The notes under the pieces: generated by a model
What the model saw: only the letters and a program-made list of their open reading frames with translations
The model's database searches: none
Told to the model about the DNA's origin: nothing
Part shown: in pieces, positions 31,352 to 39,927 of the stretch
How positions within the stretch are numbered: position 1 is the first letter of the stretch
Layout: the number at the start of each line of letters is the position of its first letter
Program-made: the position numbers and the translations under genes
DNA from: Candidatus Krumholzibacteriota bacterium
Lineage (GTDB): Bacteria > Krumholzibacteriota > Krumholzibacteriia > LZORAL124-64-63
Direction of reading: 5' to 3'
Assembly: GCA_024277025.1 (NCBI GenBank)
Contig: JAJRWA010000024.1
Span: forward strand, 1,040-65,039
DNA: 64,000 nt

Positions 31352-31364
31352 TGACAAAGTGTCA
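31352..31364. promoter_or_regulatory. palindromic operator candidate TGACA-N3-TGTCA
   Basis: TGACAAAGTGTCA about 40 bp upstream of the activator start. Confidence 0.4.
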
Positions 31365-31387
31365 CAATACACCGGATCGGGCTGTGG

Positions 31388-32290
31388 TCAACCCAGGTTC
31401 AGATAGGAGGATACTTTGGCGATGGAATCACGCATGGCGTCGAGGTTCTCCTCGAGCTCGGCCAGAGTCACCGAAGCGGCCGAATACAGGGCCTGAACGT
31501 CGATCCCCGCCGGTTCGAAGCCCAGGTCACCCCGTGGCGGCTCGATGGTATTGGCCAGATAATCGGCCAGCGCCACCAGCGCTGTTTCACGCCAGAAGGC
31601 GTTGTCCGGATCCCGTTGCCCGCTGTTGTCATGATGACCGGCAAAGGCCGCACTGAGCAACTCGGGAAACCGCCAAGCCCGGGCGAAAGCCCCGGCCAAC
31701 TGAGCGTGATCGAAGCCGAAATGCGCCAGCTCCGCCGCCACCAGGCGCAACTCGCCCCGGCCGGTGATGACGTCGAAATAGGTTCCCGGTGCGTGCAATT
31801 CGAGGATGAATTTTCCCACGTCGTGGAGCAGTCCGGCCGTGAAGACCGCTTCAGGGTCGTCGTGTCCGACCATACGGGCCAGATGTTTGGCGATGGCGCC
31901 GGTGACGACCGAATGGCGCCACAGTTCCCGGTAGTCCAACTCGCCACCGGCATCCTCCACGGCCCTGACCACGACCGTGGCCACCGAAACACAGATGGCC
32001 ACCTGCCGCACGGTGCGGTAGCCGAGGACGGCGACGCAGCGGTTGATATCGGCGATGCCGCCGCGCGGCGAATAATAGGGTGAGTTGGCCAGTTTGAGGA
32101 TCTTGGTCATCAGGGGTGCGTCCCGCCGCACGGCCGCCGCCAGGTCAGCCGGCCCGCTGTGCGGATCGTCAATGACGTTCAGGATGTGGATCAGCGTCTC
32201 CGGTATCGTCGGCAGATCGCCGATGGACGCCAGCATGGCATCCAGTTGACTGGTCGCCTGCGGGTCCCGGATTTGCGTTGCAGTCGTCAT
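31388..32290 (-). CDS. HDOD-domain protein
   Basis: LPTIPE, DAPLMTKILKLANSPYY, LWRHSVVTG, AGLLHDVGK, GFDHAQL. Confidence 0.9.
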   Translation of the reverse strand: MTTATQIRDPQATSQLDAMLASIGDLPTIPETLIHILNVIDDPHSGPADLAAAVRRDAPLMTKILKLANSPYYSPRGGIADINRCVAVLGYRTVRQVAICVSVATVVVRAVEDAGGELDYRELWRHSVVTGAIAKHLARMVGHDDPEAVFTAGLLHDVGKFILELHAPGTYFDVITGRGELRLVAAELAHFGFDHAQLAGAFARAWRFPELLSAAFAGHHDNSGQRDPDNAFWRETALVALADYLANTIEPPRGDLGFEPAGIDVQALYSAASVTLAELEENLDAMRDSIAKVSSYLNLG

Positions 32291-32300
32291 GACTCTCGCC

Positions 32301-33200
32301 TCAGACAAAGATTTCCATCTCGGTTTCGAGGGTTTCCTGCAGTTGCGCCGCAGTACTCTCGAAGACCTCCGGCGCCAATTGCAACAGCTCATTGGCGCGG
32401 CAATTGACCAGATCCAGGTCGGGATCGTCAATGAAGCCGATCCCCATTTTCTTGCACAGTCGATTGGCCAGATCCAGGTACAACAGGAGCGGATTCTCGT
32501 GATTCATGGCGCTCTCGTTGTGGTGATTGAGAATCACGAATTCAAGCAGGGGCGACAGCTTCCACTTGTTGACCAGCAGGGCTCCCACGTGGCTGTGGTC
32601 GTAGCCCAGCAATTCGGTTTCCGTCACATGGAAGGGCCGGTTCTCGTTGTACACGACCTGGACGATCTCGTCGAACTGCTCGGGCACGCGCAGGTTCAAC
32701 ACGAGCTTGCCGATGTCATGCATCAGCCCGGCCAGAAAGGCTTCTTCGGTCAGGCTCGGCGCATGCTGGGCCGCCAGAATGCGGGCGGCGAAGGCGGCCC
32801 CGATGGAGTGTTCCCACAGGAGCCTTTCCTTCAGGCCGGTGCGGGACTTGCGCGTGTTGTAGAGATTGCGGGCTGCACTGGTGACCACCAGGCTGCGGAT
32901 CGAGTTGAAGCCCAGCATCACGATCGCCTCGGTCAGGGTCTTGACCTTGCGACTGCAGCTGTACATGGCGCTGTTGGCGATCTTGAGGATCCGGCCGGTC
33001 ATGGCCTGGTCGTCGCTGATGACCTGCTGGAGCTGTTTGGCAGACGTGTTGGGGTCAGACGAAAGCTCGAGGACCTTGCTGGCAACCTGCGGCATGGCCG
33101 GCAGGTCCCGGGTCGTCATGATGATGTTCTGCAGTTGCTGGGCGGTCTGCGGATCAACCTCGTCGGTCGCTGCCGCAGTCGCGTCCAAAGTCGTTGTCAT
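32301..33200 (-). CDS. HDOD-domain protein
   Basis: LPAMPQV, DQAMTGRILKIANSAMY, LWEHSIG, AGLMHDIGK, GYDHSHVG. Confidence 0.9.
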   Translation of the reverse strand: MTTTLDATAAATDEVDPQTAQQLQNIIMTTRDLPAMPQVASKVLELSSDPNTSAKQLQQVISDDQAMTGRILKIANSAMYSCSRKVKTLTEAIVMLGFNSIRSLVVTSAARNLYNTRKSRTGLKERLLWEHSIGAAFAARILAAQHAPSLTEEAFLAGLMHDIGKLVLNLRVPEQFDEIVQVVYNENRPFHVTETELLGYDHSHVGALLVNKWKLSPLLEFVILNHHNESAMNHENPLLLYLDLANRLCKKMGIGFIDDPDLDLVNCRANELLQLAPEVFESTAAQLQETLETEMEIFV

Positions 33201-33266
33201 GCCTGCTCCAGAATGGTGTAGCGGCTACCTCCGTCGGATCTTCCCCCCGTGCTGGTCCGGTCAGAA

Positions 33267-33704
33267 TCAGGCCCGACCTGCCTGGTAGACATAATCGACC
33301 TCATTTGAGGGGTCCTTTAGCAGGGAATCGGCCGTGCGGCGGGGTGCCGTCGTCACCGAACCCAGCGATCCGTGCATGTTTTCCAGGCGATCTGCGGAAA
33401 CCTTCAGCCTTGCCAGCAGACTGGCCAGCAGCGGATCGGCGGCCGGCGCGGCCGGCACGAAGCCGCTGGCGCGGTAGCCATCGGCCGTCGCCGTGACCTG
33501 GGGCCTGGTTCGGGCCGGTGCGGATCGCTGGCGGCTCGTCCGGCGTGCGGCGAACCACGGCCGGATGCTCGTGCCGACAACCTTGCGGACCTGAAAGACG
33601 ATGGCAACAGACAACAGGGTCAGCCCGAGAGTCACGGCGGTCACCGCGGCCCAAAAGACCAACCCCTGGCCGGCGAAAAGGCTTTGAATCTGGCTCAAAC
33701 TCAC
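33267..33704 (-). CDS. hypothetical single-pass membrane protein
   Basis: One hydrophobic N-terminal segment, then basic, low-complexity and helical regions; short gaps to both neighbours. Confidence 0.65.
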   Translation of the reverse strand: MSLSQIQSLFAGQGLVFWAAVTAVTLGLTLLSVAIVFQVRKVVGTSIRPWFAARRTSRQRSAPARTRPQVTATADGYRASGFVPAAPAADPLLASLLARLKVSADRLENMHGSLGSVTTAPRRTADSLLKDPSNEVDYVYQAGRA

Positions 33705-33729
33705 TGTCGTCCTCCCGGCCTCGACGGCC

Positions 33730-34086
33730 TCAGACCCGCATGTCTATCAGAACCCCGAGGCGCTCGGCCTCGGTCTCCGTGTCATCCCCGGCCGCGCTCG
33801 CGGTGGGGTCGAAATTCTCGTCTTTCCCGTCACCGAGCCGCTTGCGTTGCCGGTTCAGACGGCGCCGCTGGCGCTTGTCGGGATTCTCCTGATTGGCGTC
33901 GATCTTGTCCTGGGTCGACTCCTGGGTTTCCTTGACCCGCTGCACGCGCAGCTTGTCGTCCTTGTTCATCTGCTCGGAGAACGGCGTGGCCGGGACGGGT
34001 GCCTGCTGGCCCTTGGCCTGGGTCTTGGCGACGCTGCCCATCTGGGCCAGGGTCGTCGGTAAGGAAACTCCGTCGCCTGCCGGCAT
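33730..34086 (-). CDS. hypothetical protein downstream of fliA
   Basis: 118 aa, charged, ends LGVLIDMRV; GAAGGTG upstream of the ATG. Confidence 0.65.
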   Translation of the reverse strand: MPAGDGVSLPTTLAQMGSVAKTQAKGQQAPVPATPFSEQMNKDDKLRVQRVKETQESTQDKIDANQENPDKRQRRRLNRQRKRLGDGKDENFDPTASAAGDDTETEAERLGVLIDMRV

Positions 34087-34106
34087 GCTTCACCTTCTTG
34101 TCCCGC

Positions 34107-35093
34107 CTAGAGAGTCAGGCCCGGCCACGGCGAACCGCTCTTGGCCATCCAGCTCAGGCACGAGGCAATCTGACACAGGGTCAGACAGGCCATGACGTTG
34201 ACCGGCTCCAGGGGACGGCGGCGCGTCAGGGCCGAGGGAACGGTTTCGCTCTCTCCTTCGACATCCTGGCGGCTGCGGATCTGCCGGGTGATCTGGCCGA
34301 TGGAGCTCTTGCCCTCGTGCCGGTCGATCTTGCCCTTCAGGCGCAGGATCGCCTTGGTGTGGATCTGGCACACGCGGCTCTCGGTCACGTCCAGGATTTC
34401 GCCGATTTCCTTGAGCGTCAGTTCTTCGTAATAGTAGAGCACGAGTACGAGTTGCTCCTTCTCGGGCAGTTCGCTCATGCGGGCGCCGATCAGGTCCTTC
34501 ATCTCCTGCCGGGCCAGGATCTGCTCCACGTCTTCGGTTCGTGGGTCGGCAAGATACTCGCCGAGACTGCTGCTGCCGTCGCTGTCGTCACCGCTGGTGT
34601 CCGCGTCCAGGCTCATGATGGTCGCGATGGAGACTTCGCCCACCATCCCGTCCAATTCGCCCAGGTCAATGCGCAGATGGCGCGCGACCTCAGCGTCGGT
34701 GGCGGGGCGGCCCAGCTTGACCTCAAGGCTGCTGTAGGCTTCCTCGAGTTGCTTGGCCTTGCGGCGCAACGAACGCGGGAACCAGTCCTGGCTGCGCAGC
34801 TCGTCGAGAATGGACCCCCGGATGCGGGGTATGGCGTAGGTCTCGAACTTGATCCCACGCTGGTGATCGAAATTGTCGATCGCCTGGATCAAGCCCAGCA
34901 GTCCGGCGCTGATCAGGTCATTGAACTCCACATAGTGGGGCAAGCCGATCGCCATGCGGCCGGCCACGTATTTGACAATGCGGGCGTAGATATCAACCAG
35001 GTCCCGTCGCGCGTCCTGCCGGGAATCGTGGTCGGTAGTCTGGCAACAGCGCTCCCAAACGTCCTGGTGGGCTATCTGCATGGTGTCGGTCAT
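34107..35093 (-). CDS. fliA: FliA/WhiG-family RNA polymerase sigma factor (sigma-28) with C-terminal extension
   Basis: DLISAGLLGLIQAIDNFD, KFETYAIPRIRGSILDELR, LYYYEELTLKEIGEILDVTESRVCQIH. Confidence 0.93.
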   Translation of the reverse strand: MTDTMQIAHQDVWERCCQTTDHDSRQDARRDLVDIYARIVKYVAGRMAIGLPHYVEFNDLISAGLLGLIQAIDNFDHQRGIKFETYAIPRIRGSILDELRSQDWFPRSLRRKAKQLEEAYSSLEVKLGRPATDAEVARHLRIDLGELDGMVGEVSIATIMSLDADTSGDDSDGSSSLGEYLADPRTEDVEQILARQEMKDLIGARMSELPEKEQLVLVLYYYEELTLKEIGEILDVTESRVCQIHTKAILRLKGKIDRHEGKSSIGQITRQIRSRQDVEGESETVPSALTRRRPLEPVNVMACLTLCQIASCLSWMAKSGSPWPGLTL

Positions 35094-35131
35094 CGTCAAA
35101 CCTTTCTGGTGTGGAGTGCAGGCCGACGGTT

Positions 35132-35146
35132 GCAGTTTCCGTGCCA
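35132..35146 (-). promoter_or_regulatory. sigma-54 promoter upstream of fliA
   Basis: TGGCACGGAAACTGC (GG-N10-GC) about 40 nt upstream of the ATG. Confidence 0.75.
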
Positions 35147-35177
35147 TCTCTCCGGGCCCGGCCTGCAACGTGTCAAG

Positions 35178-35429
35178 TTATTGTCCTGCCTCATGTTCAG
35201 TCATGCCTGCTGACGATCTGCTGCCAGGCTCAGCTGCGCCCTTGGGGTCCTTCTCGAGCAGACCTACCAACTTCACAGCCAACGCCATGAAACCGCCCAG
35301 GAAGAAAAACCCGAGGTAGCTGACGGCCATGCGCCGGACGGTCGTCAGCAGGCTCCAGTCGTGCCACAGACCAGCCACGAGGGCGATCAGCGTCGCGGCC
35401 AGGGCCAGATTGTTGATCAGCTGGTACAT
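35178..35429 (-). CDS. small hypothetical membrane protein between flhF and fliA
   Basis: 83 aa with two hydrophobic segments; TGATG stop/start coupling with flhF. Confidence 0.75.
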   Translation of the reverse strand: MYQLINNLALAATLIALVAGLWHDWSLLTTVRRMAVSYLGFFFLGGFMALAVKLVGLLEKDPKGAAEPGSRSSAGMTEHEAGQ

Positions 35430-36646
35430 CACCAGGCCACTTCCGCGACAGCCGTTTCGTTCGCGGCAGCCACTCCGGGCCGGAAGTCATCGGGTTCGGC
35501 GCCGCCAAGCATGGCGTCGAGCAGACGGTCACTCTGCGCGATCTCCAGCGAGCCGCCGTGGGCCGGATTCGCACCGGTCAGGCTCACCGGAACCGGTACC
35601 TTCTCCAGCAGGTCGATCAGTTTGCCGCCGCGTCCGCTCAGGTCGGCGCGGCTGATGGCCACCCAGTCGCAGTTCCACACCCGGACGGCGCGGTTCAGGT
35701 AGTCCATGTACGCCGGGTCCTTGTCCATGGGCACCAGCAGGTGGCGGTGAAAACCGGTATTGCGGGCGAGCCAGCCGTGGATACGGCCGCCCTCGGCCAT
35801 GACCTCGTGTCGCAGGGGCGGCATGTCCACCAGCACAACGTCATAGTTGGCCAGGTGTTTTTCCGCGCTCGCCAACTGGCTCTCCTTCTTGATCACCGCC
35901 GCGTCGAAGCCGACCCGAGAAGCCTCCAGTTGCAGGCGTTTGATATCGCCGCTGCTGGTGGGCATCAGGCTCAGGACCAGGGTGTGGCGTCCCATCGCCT
36001 GCAGCAGACCGGCCGCGGTCAGAACCAGGTCGGAGCGGCCGCAGCCGGCTTCCCCGAGGAAGGCGTGGCAGCCGTAGAACTCGTCCCAACTGCAATTGCT
36101 GGCGCGCAGGTTTTCCGTCAGCCAGGCCACGGCGGCCGGCCGGTCGGTGACCGGATTGCCGGTCTCGCTGGTAAAGCGGGTCAGCATGGTGTTGACCGCC
36201 GCCGGGCTGGCCCCGTTCTCGATCAGGGTCTCGGCGAGCGGGTTGTCGCAATAGGGCAATCGCTGCCGGCTCATGCGGTCGTGGTCCTCGGCGATGGCCG
36301 CCACCAACTGCTCGATGCGCGTGACCTCGCGGATGATTTCCTGATTGAGATCCGGACCCGTGGTGGCCGTGGCCGCCCGGGTGCCGCCAGTCGACAGCGC
36401 ACGGCCGGTTCGGCTGCCCAGTCCGGACACCGCTGCCGTCGCCCCGGGCATCTGCACCGTCACCTCGATTTCGCGATCGTGGCCCAGGCCCAGTTCCTGG
36501 CGGCGATTGACGGTGCGGGTGCCGAGGATCACGGCATCCTCACCGTAGTCGGCGCGGACGATCCGGTAGGCCTCCTTGAGCGTGGGCGCGCTCACGACGA
36601 CCGGTGCACCATCAACCGACGGCTTGCTGTTCCTGGGGGATCGCAT
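35429..36646 (-). CDS. flhF: FlhF-like SRP-family protein with degenerate GTPase motifs
   Basis: N-terminal APTLKEAYRIVRADYGEDAVILGTR B-domain motif; position after flhA; G motifs altered (GEAGCGRS, DMPP, SRAD). Confidence 0.75.
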   Translation of the reverse strand: MRSPRNSKPSVDGAPVVVSAPTLKEAYRIVRADYGEDAVILGTRTVNRRQELGLGHDREIEVTVQMPGATAAVSGLGSRTGRALSTGGTRAATATTGPDLNQEIIREVTRIEQLVAAIAEDHDRMSRQRLPYCDNPLAETLIENGASPAAVNTMLTRFTSETGNPVTDRPAAVAWLTENLRASNCSWDEFYGCHAFLGEAGCGRSDLVLTAAGLLQAMGRHTLVLSLMPTSSGDIKRLQLEASRVGFDAAVIKKESQLASAEKHLANYDVVLVDMPPLRHEVMAEGGRIHGWLARNTGFHRHLLVPMDKDPAYMDYLNRAVRVWNCDWVAISRADLSGRGGKLIDLLEKVPVPVSLTGANPAHGGSLEIAQSDRLLDAMLGGAEPDDFRPGVAAANETAVAEVAW

Positions 36647-38729
36647 TGGTCACCACCGTTCCGGCCGACTGGATATTCGCCGAGGAGGAAACCTCGGAAT
36701 AGCCCATGACGGCCAAGTTGGGATAAGTGGGCTCGATGAGCCGCTTGACGAAGAGACGAATCGGCGTGGGCACGAGCAGGACCGGCGGTGGCCCGTTGCT
36801 GTAGGCCGTCCGCAGGACGACCTCCATGTTGCCCAGGAAAGTGCGGGTGAAAATCGGGTCCAGCACGACGCCGCCCGAGGACTCGGAATCGCGGGCGGCC
36901 TGCATCAGGACCGCTTCGGTCTCCGGATGCAGCGAGACGACGTGCATCTTGCCGCCCGCCTCGGTATACAGGGCGGTGATCGAACGGCCCAGGGCCTCGC
37001 GCACCTTGCCGACCAGGTAGTCGGTGCCCAGTCCGGCGCTGGTGTAGTTGGCCAGGGTTTCCAGGATGGTGACGATGTCCTTGACCGGGATACGCTCGTG
37101 CAGCATGGCTCGCAGGACGTTGTGCAGGGTGTTGACCGGCACCTTGTCCGGAATCAGGTCCTCGATCAGGCTGGGCGCGAACTCCCGGATCGACTCGCAC
37201 ATGTCCTTGACGTCCTGACGGCTGAGCAACTCGTCGCCGTGACTGCGGATCAACTCGGACAGGTGGGTGGCCAGGACCGCGGCGGGTTCCACCACGGTGT
37301 ACCCCTCCATCTCGGCCGTGCTCTTGTCGTCCTTCTCGATCCACACGGCCGGCAGGTTGAAGGCCGGCTCCGTCGTCTGGGTGCCGGCGATTTCGCCGGC
37401 GTCGGGGCGGGTGCTCATAGCCAGCAGGCGGTCGGGTTTCAGTTCGGCCCGCGCGATCTGCACACCCTTGAGCTTGATCACGTAGTCGTGGGCGCCGAGT
37501 TGCAGGTTGTCGCGCACGCGGATTGGGTGGATGAAGATGCCCAGCTCGGCCCCCACCTGACGGCGGATGTTGCCCACCCGGTGCAACAGGTCGCCGCCGC
37601 GCGACTCGTCCACCAGGGGAATCAAGCCATAGCCGATTTCCAGTTCGAGTTTGTCCAGGACGAACAGTTCCTCACCGCGCAGGCCTTCGGGCTCTTCGTC
37701 GGCGGTGGCGGTGGCCTGTTCATCGGCCACCTCCTGCTCGGCCTCCTGACGGTCGTAGTTGGCCACGCGCTTGCCCATGAAGTAGGCCACCACGGCCGTC
37801 CCGATCGCGAAGAAAAGGAAGGGGCCGGTGGGCAGGCCCGGAATCAGGGCGAAGACGACCATCGAACCGGACGCCAGATACAGGGCCTTCTGCTGGCGGA
37901 AGATCTGCAGGGTCAGGGTCTGGCCCAGGTTCAGGCTCCCGCTGGAGCGGGTGACGACGAGGCCGGCGCTGGTCGAGATCAGCAGCGCGGGGATCTGGCT
38001 GACCAGGCCGTCGCCGACGGTCAGGATCGTGAACCGGCTGAGCGCCTCGCCGGCCGGCAGTTTCATCTGCAGCATGCCGATGATGAAGCCGGCGGCGATG
38101 TTCACCACGGTGATGATGATGCCCGCCACCGCATCGCCCTTGACGAACTTGCTGGCACCGTCCATGGCGCCGAAGAACTCCGCCTCCTGGGCGATCTCGT
38201 CACGACGGGTGCGGGCTTCCTTCTCGGTGATCATGCCGGCGTTCAGGTCCGCATCGATGGCCATCTGCTTGCCGGGCATCGCGTCGAGGGTGAAGCGGGC
38301 CGCGACCTCGGCGATGCGCCCGGAGCCCTTGGTGATGACCATGAAGTTGATCACCACGAGAATGATGAAGACAATGACGCCGATGACGTAGTTGCCGCCA
38401 ACGACGAAGTCGCCGAAGCTCTGGATCACCTGCCCCGCCGAGCCCGTGCTGAGAATCAGGCGCGTGGAAGCGACGTTCAGCGACAGGCGCATCAAGGTCA
38501 GGATGAGCAGCAGCGAGGGGAAGGCGTTGAACTGCAGCGGCTCCTTGAGGTAGAGCGACACGAGCAGAACGGTCACCGAGAAGGAGATGCTGAAGGTCAG
38601 CATCAAGTCCAGCAGCAGCGGCGGTACCGGCACGACCATCAGGCCCAGAATGCCCAGCACGGCCGCCGCGCTCAGCACGTTGCTGTTGGCGAGGATCAGA
38701 TCCCGGTTGATGACTTGGTCCTGCGACAA
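36612..38729 (-). CDS. flhA: flagellar export gate protein FlhA
   Basis: FPSLLL, RLSLNVASTRLIL, EVAARFTLDAMPGKQMAIDADLNAG, GAMDGASKFVKGDA. Confidence 0.98.
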   Translation of the reverse strand: MSQDQVINRDLILANSNVLSAAAVLGILGLMVVPVPPLLLDLMLTFSISFSVTVLLVSLYLKEPLQFNAFPSLLLILTLMRLSLNVASTRLILSTGSAGQVIQSFGDFVVGGNYVIGVIVFIILVVINFMVITKGSGRIAEVAARFTLDAMPGKQMAIDADLNAGMITEKEARTRRDEIAQEAEFFGAMDGASKFVKGDAVAGIIITVVNIAAGFIIGMLQMKLPAGEALSRFTILTVGDGLVSQIPALLISTSAGLVVTRSSGSLNLGQTLTLQIFRQQKALYLASGSMVVFALIPGLPTGPFLFFAIGTAVVAYFMGKRVANYDRQEAEQEVADEQATATADEEPEGLRGEELFVLDKLELEIGYGLIPLVDESRGGDLLHRVGNIRRQVGAELGIFIHPIRVRDNLQLGAHDYVIKLKGVQIARAELKPDRLLAMSTRPDAGEIAGTQTTEPAFNLPAVWIEKDDKSTAEMEGYTVVEPAAVLATHLSELIRSHGDELLSRQDVKDMCESIREFAPSLIEDLIPDKVPVNTLHNVLRAMLHERIPVKDIVTILETLANYTSAGLGTDYLVGKVREALGRSITALYTEAGGKMHVVSLHPETEAVLMQAARDSESSGGVVLDPIFTRTFLGNMEVVLRTAYSNGPPPVLLVPTPIRLFVKRLIEPTYPNLAVMGYSEVSSSANIQSAGTVVTNAIPQEQQAVG

Positions 38730-38750
38730 GTTGCAGCTCCTGCGGCCCTA

Positions 38751-39812
38751 TCAGGCCTTCTTGAGTCGGTAGATGTAGGCCAGTACTTCGGCGACGGCCT
38801 GGAAGAGGCTTTCGGGAATCGCATTGCCCACCTCGACCTGGCGGTACAGTCCCCGGGCCAGCGGTTTGTTCTCGATGATCGGCACCCGGTGCTTGCGGGC
38901 GATCTTCTTGATGATCTGGGCCAGGTTGTCCTGCCCCTTGGCCACGACCATGGGCGCCGGATTGCCCGGCACATACTTCAGGGCCACCGCGAAGTGGGTC
39001 GGGTTGGTGATCACCACGTCGGCGGTCGGCACGTCGGCCAGCATGCGCTTGCGCGCCATTTCCATCTGCAGGCCGCGGATCCTGGCCTTGATCTGCGGGT
39101 CCCCCTCCATGTCCTTGTTCTCTTCCTTGACCTCCTGCTTGGTCATCTTGATGTTCTCTTCGTACTTGTGCTTCTGGAAGAACCAGTCGAAGACGGCGAT
39201 CACGGCCATCAGGAACATCAGCTTGGCCATCAGTTTGACGAAGAGCACCTTGGCGAAGGCCACGACCGCCGGCAGGCTCAACAGGGGCAGTGCGACGATC
39301 GGATCCATGACACCCTTGATCGTGGGCCAGGCCAGCAGTGTGATCAGCGTGATCTTCAGCAGGTTCTTGGCCAGATCGAAGAAGGCCGTCGCCTCGCAGA
39401 ACTTCTTCAGGCCCGGCAGCGGATTCAGCTTGTCGCCCTTGAACTGCATGGCCTTGGGCGAGAACTGGAAACCGACCTGCATGATGTTGGCACCCAGGCC
39501 CGTGATCAGGATGCCGCCGAGCAGAGGGATCAGGGCCACGATGATGACCTGCAGGTTGTTGCTCATCAGTTCCCGGACACCGAACTGGTTGGTCGGCGCC
39601 AGGACGTGGGCCTGGCTCAGCAGGTAGGACGTGTTCCGGCCGAGTACCCGCGCGAAGTGGCCGCTGCTGCCGACCACGATGGTCAGGCCGACGAGCAGCA
39701 GGATGGCAGAGGTCACTTCCATACTCTTGGCAACGTTGCCTTCTTCGCGCGCGTCTTCGCGCCGCTTACTGGAACCTGTTTCTGTTTTTTCGCCTGCTTC
39801 GCCGTCTGCCAT
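38751..39812 (-). CDS. flhB: flagellar export switch protein FlhB
   Basis: EKTETGSSKR, EGDPQIK, ITNPTHFAVAL autocleavage site, VVAKG, IENKPLAR. Confidence 0.98.
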   Translation of the reverse strand: MADGEAGEKTETGSSKRREDAREEGNVAKSMEVTSAILLLVGLTIVVGSSGHFARVLGRNTSYLLSQAHVLAPTNQFGVRELMSNNLQVIIVALIPLLGGILITGLGANIMQVGFQFSPKAMQFKGDKLNPLPGLKKFCEATAFFDLAKNLLKITLITLLAWPTIKGVMDPIVALPLLSLPAVVAFAKVLFVKLMAKLMFLMAVIAVFDWFFQKHKYEENIKMTKQEVKEENKDMEGDPQIKARIRGLQMEMARKRMLADVPTADVVITNPTHFAVALKYVPGNPAPMVVAKGQDNLAQIIKKIARKHRVPIIENKPLARGLYRQVEVGNAIPESLFQAVAEVLAYIYRLKKA

Positions 39813-39927
39813 CACTCACCTCCTCGTGCGGATGTGGCGCCGTTGGCCACCAAGGGCCGCCGGAACCGGGTTGTCGGCACGCTTTTCCGCCCGGCGGCGA
39901 AGTGCCCAATCGTCTGCCAGTGCGCGG

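Noticed and set aside
34137-34151. GG-N10-GC match (TGGATGGCCAAGAGC) upstream of the 33730-34086 gene
   Set aside because: Poor match to both sigma-54 half-sites, and it lies inside the fliA reading frame.
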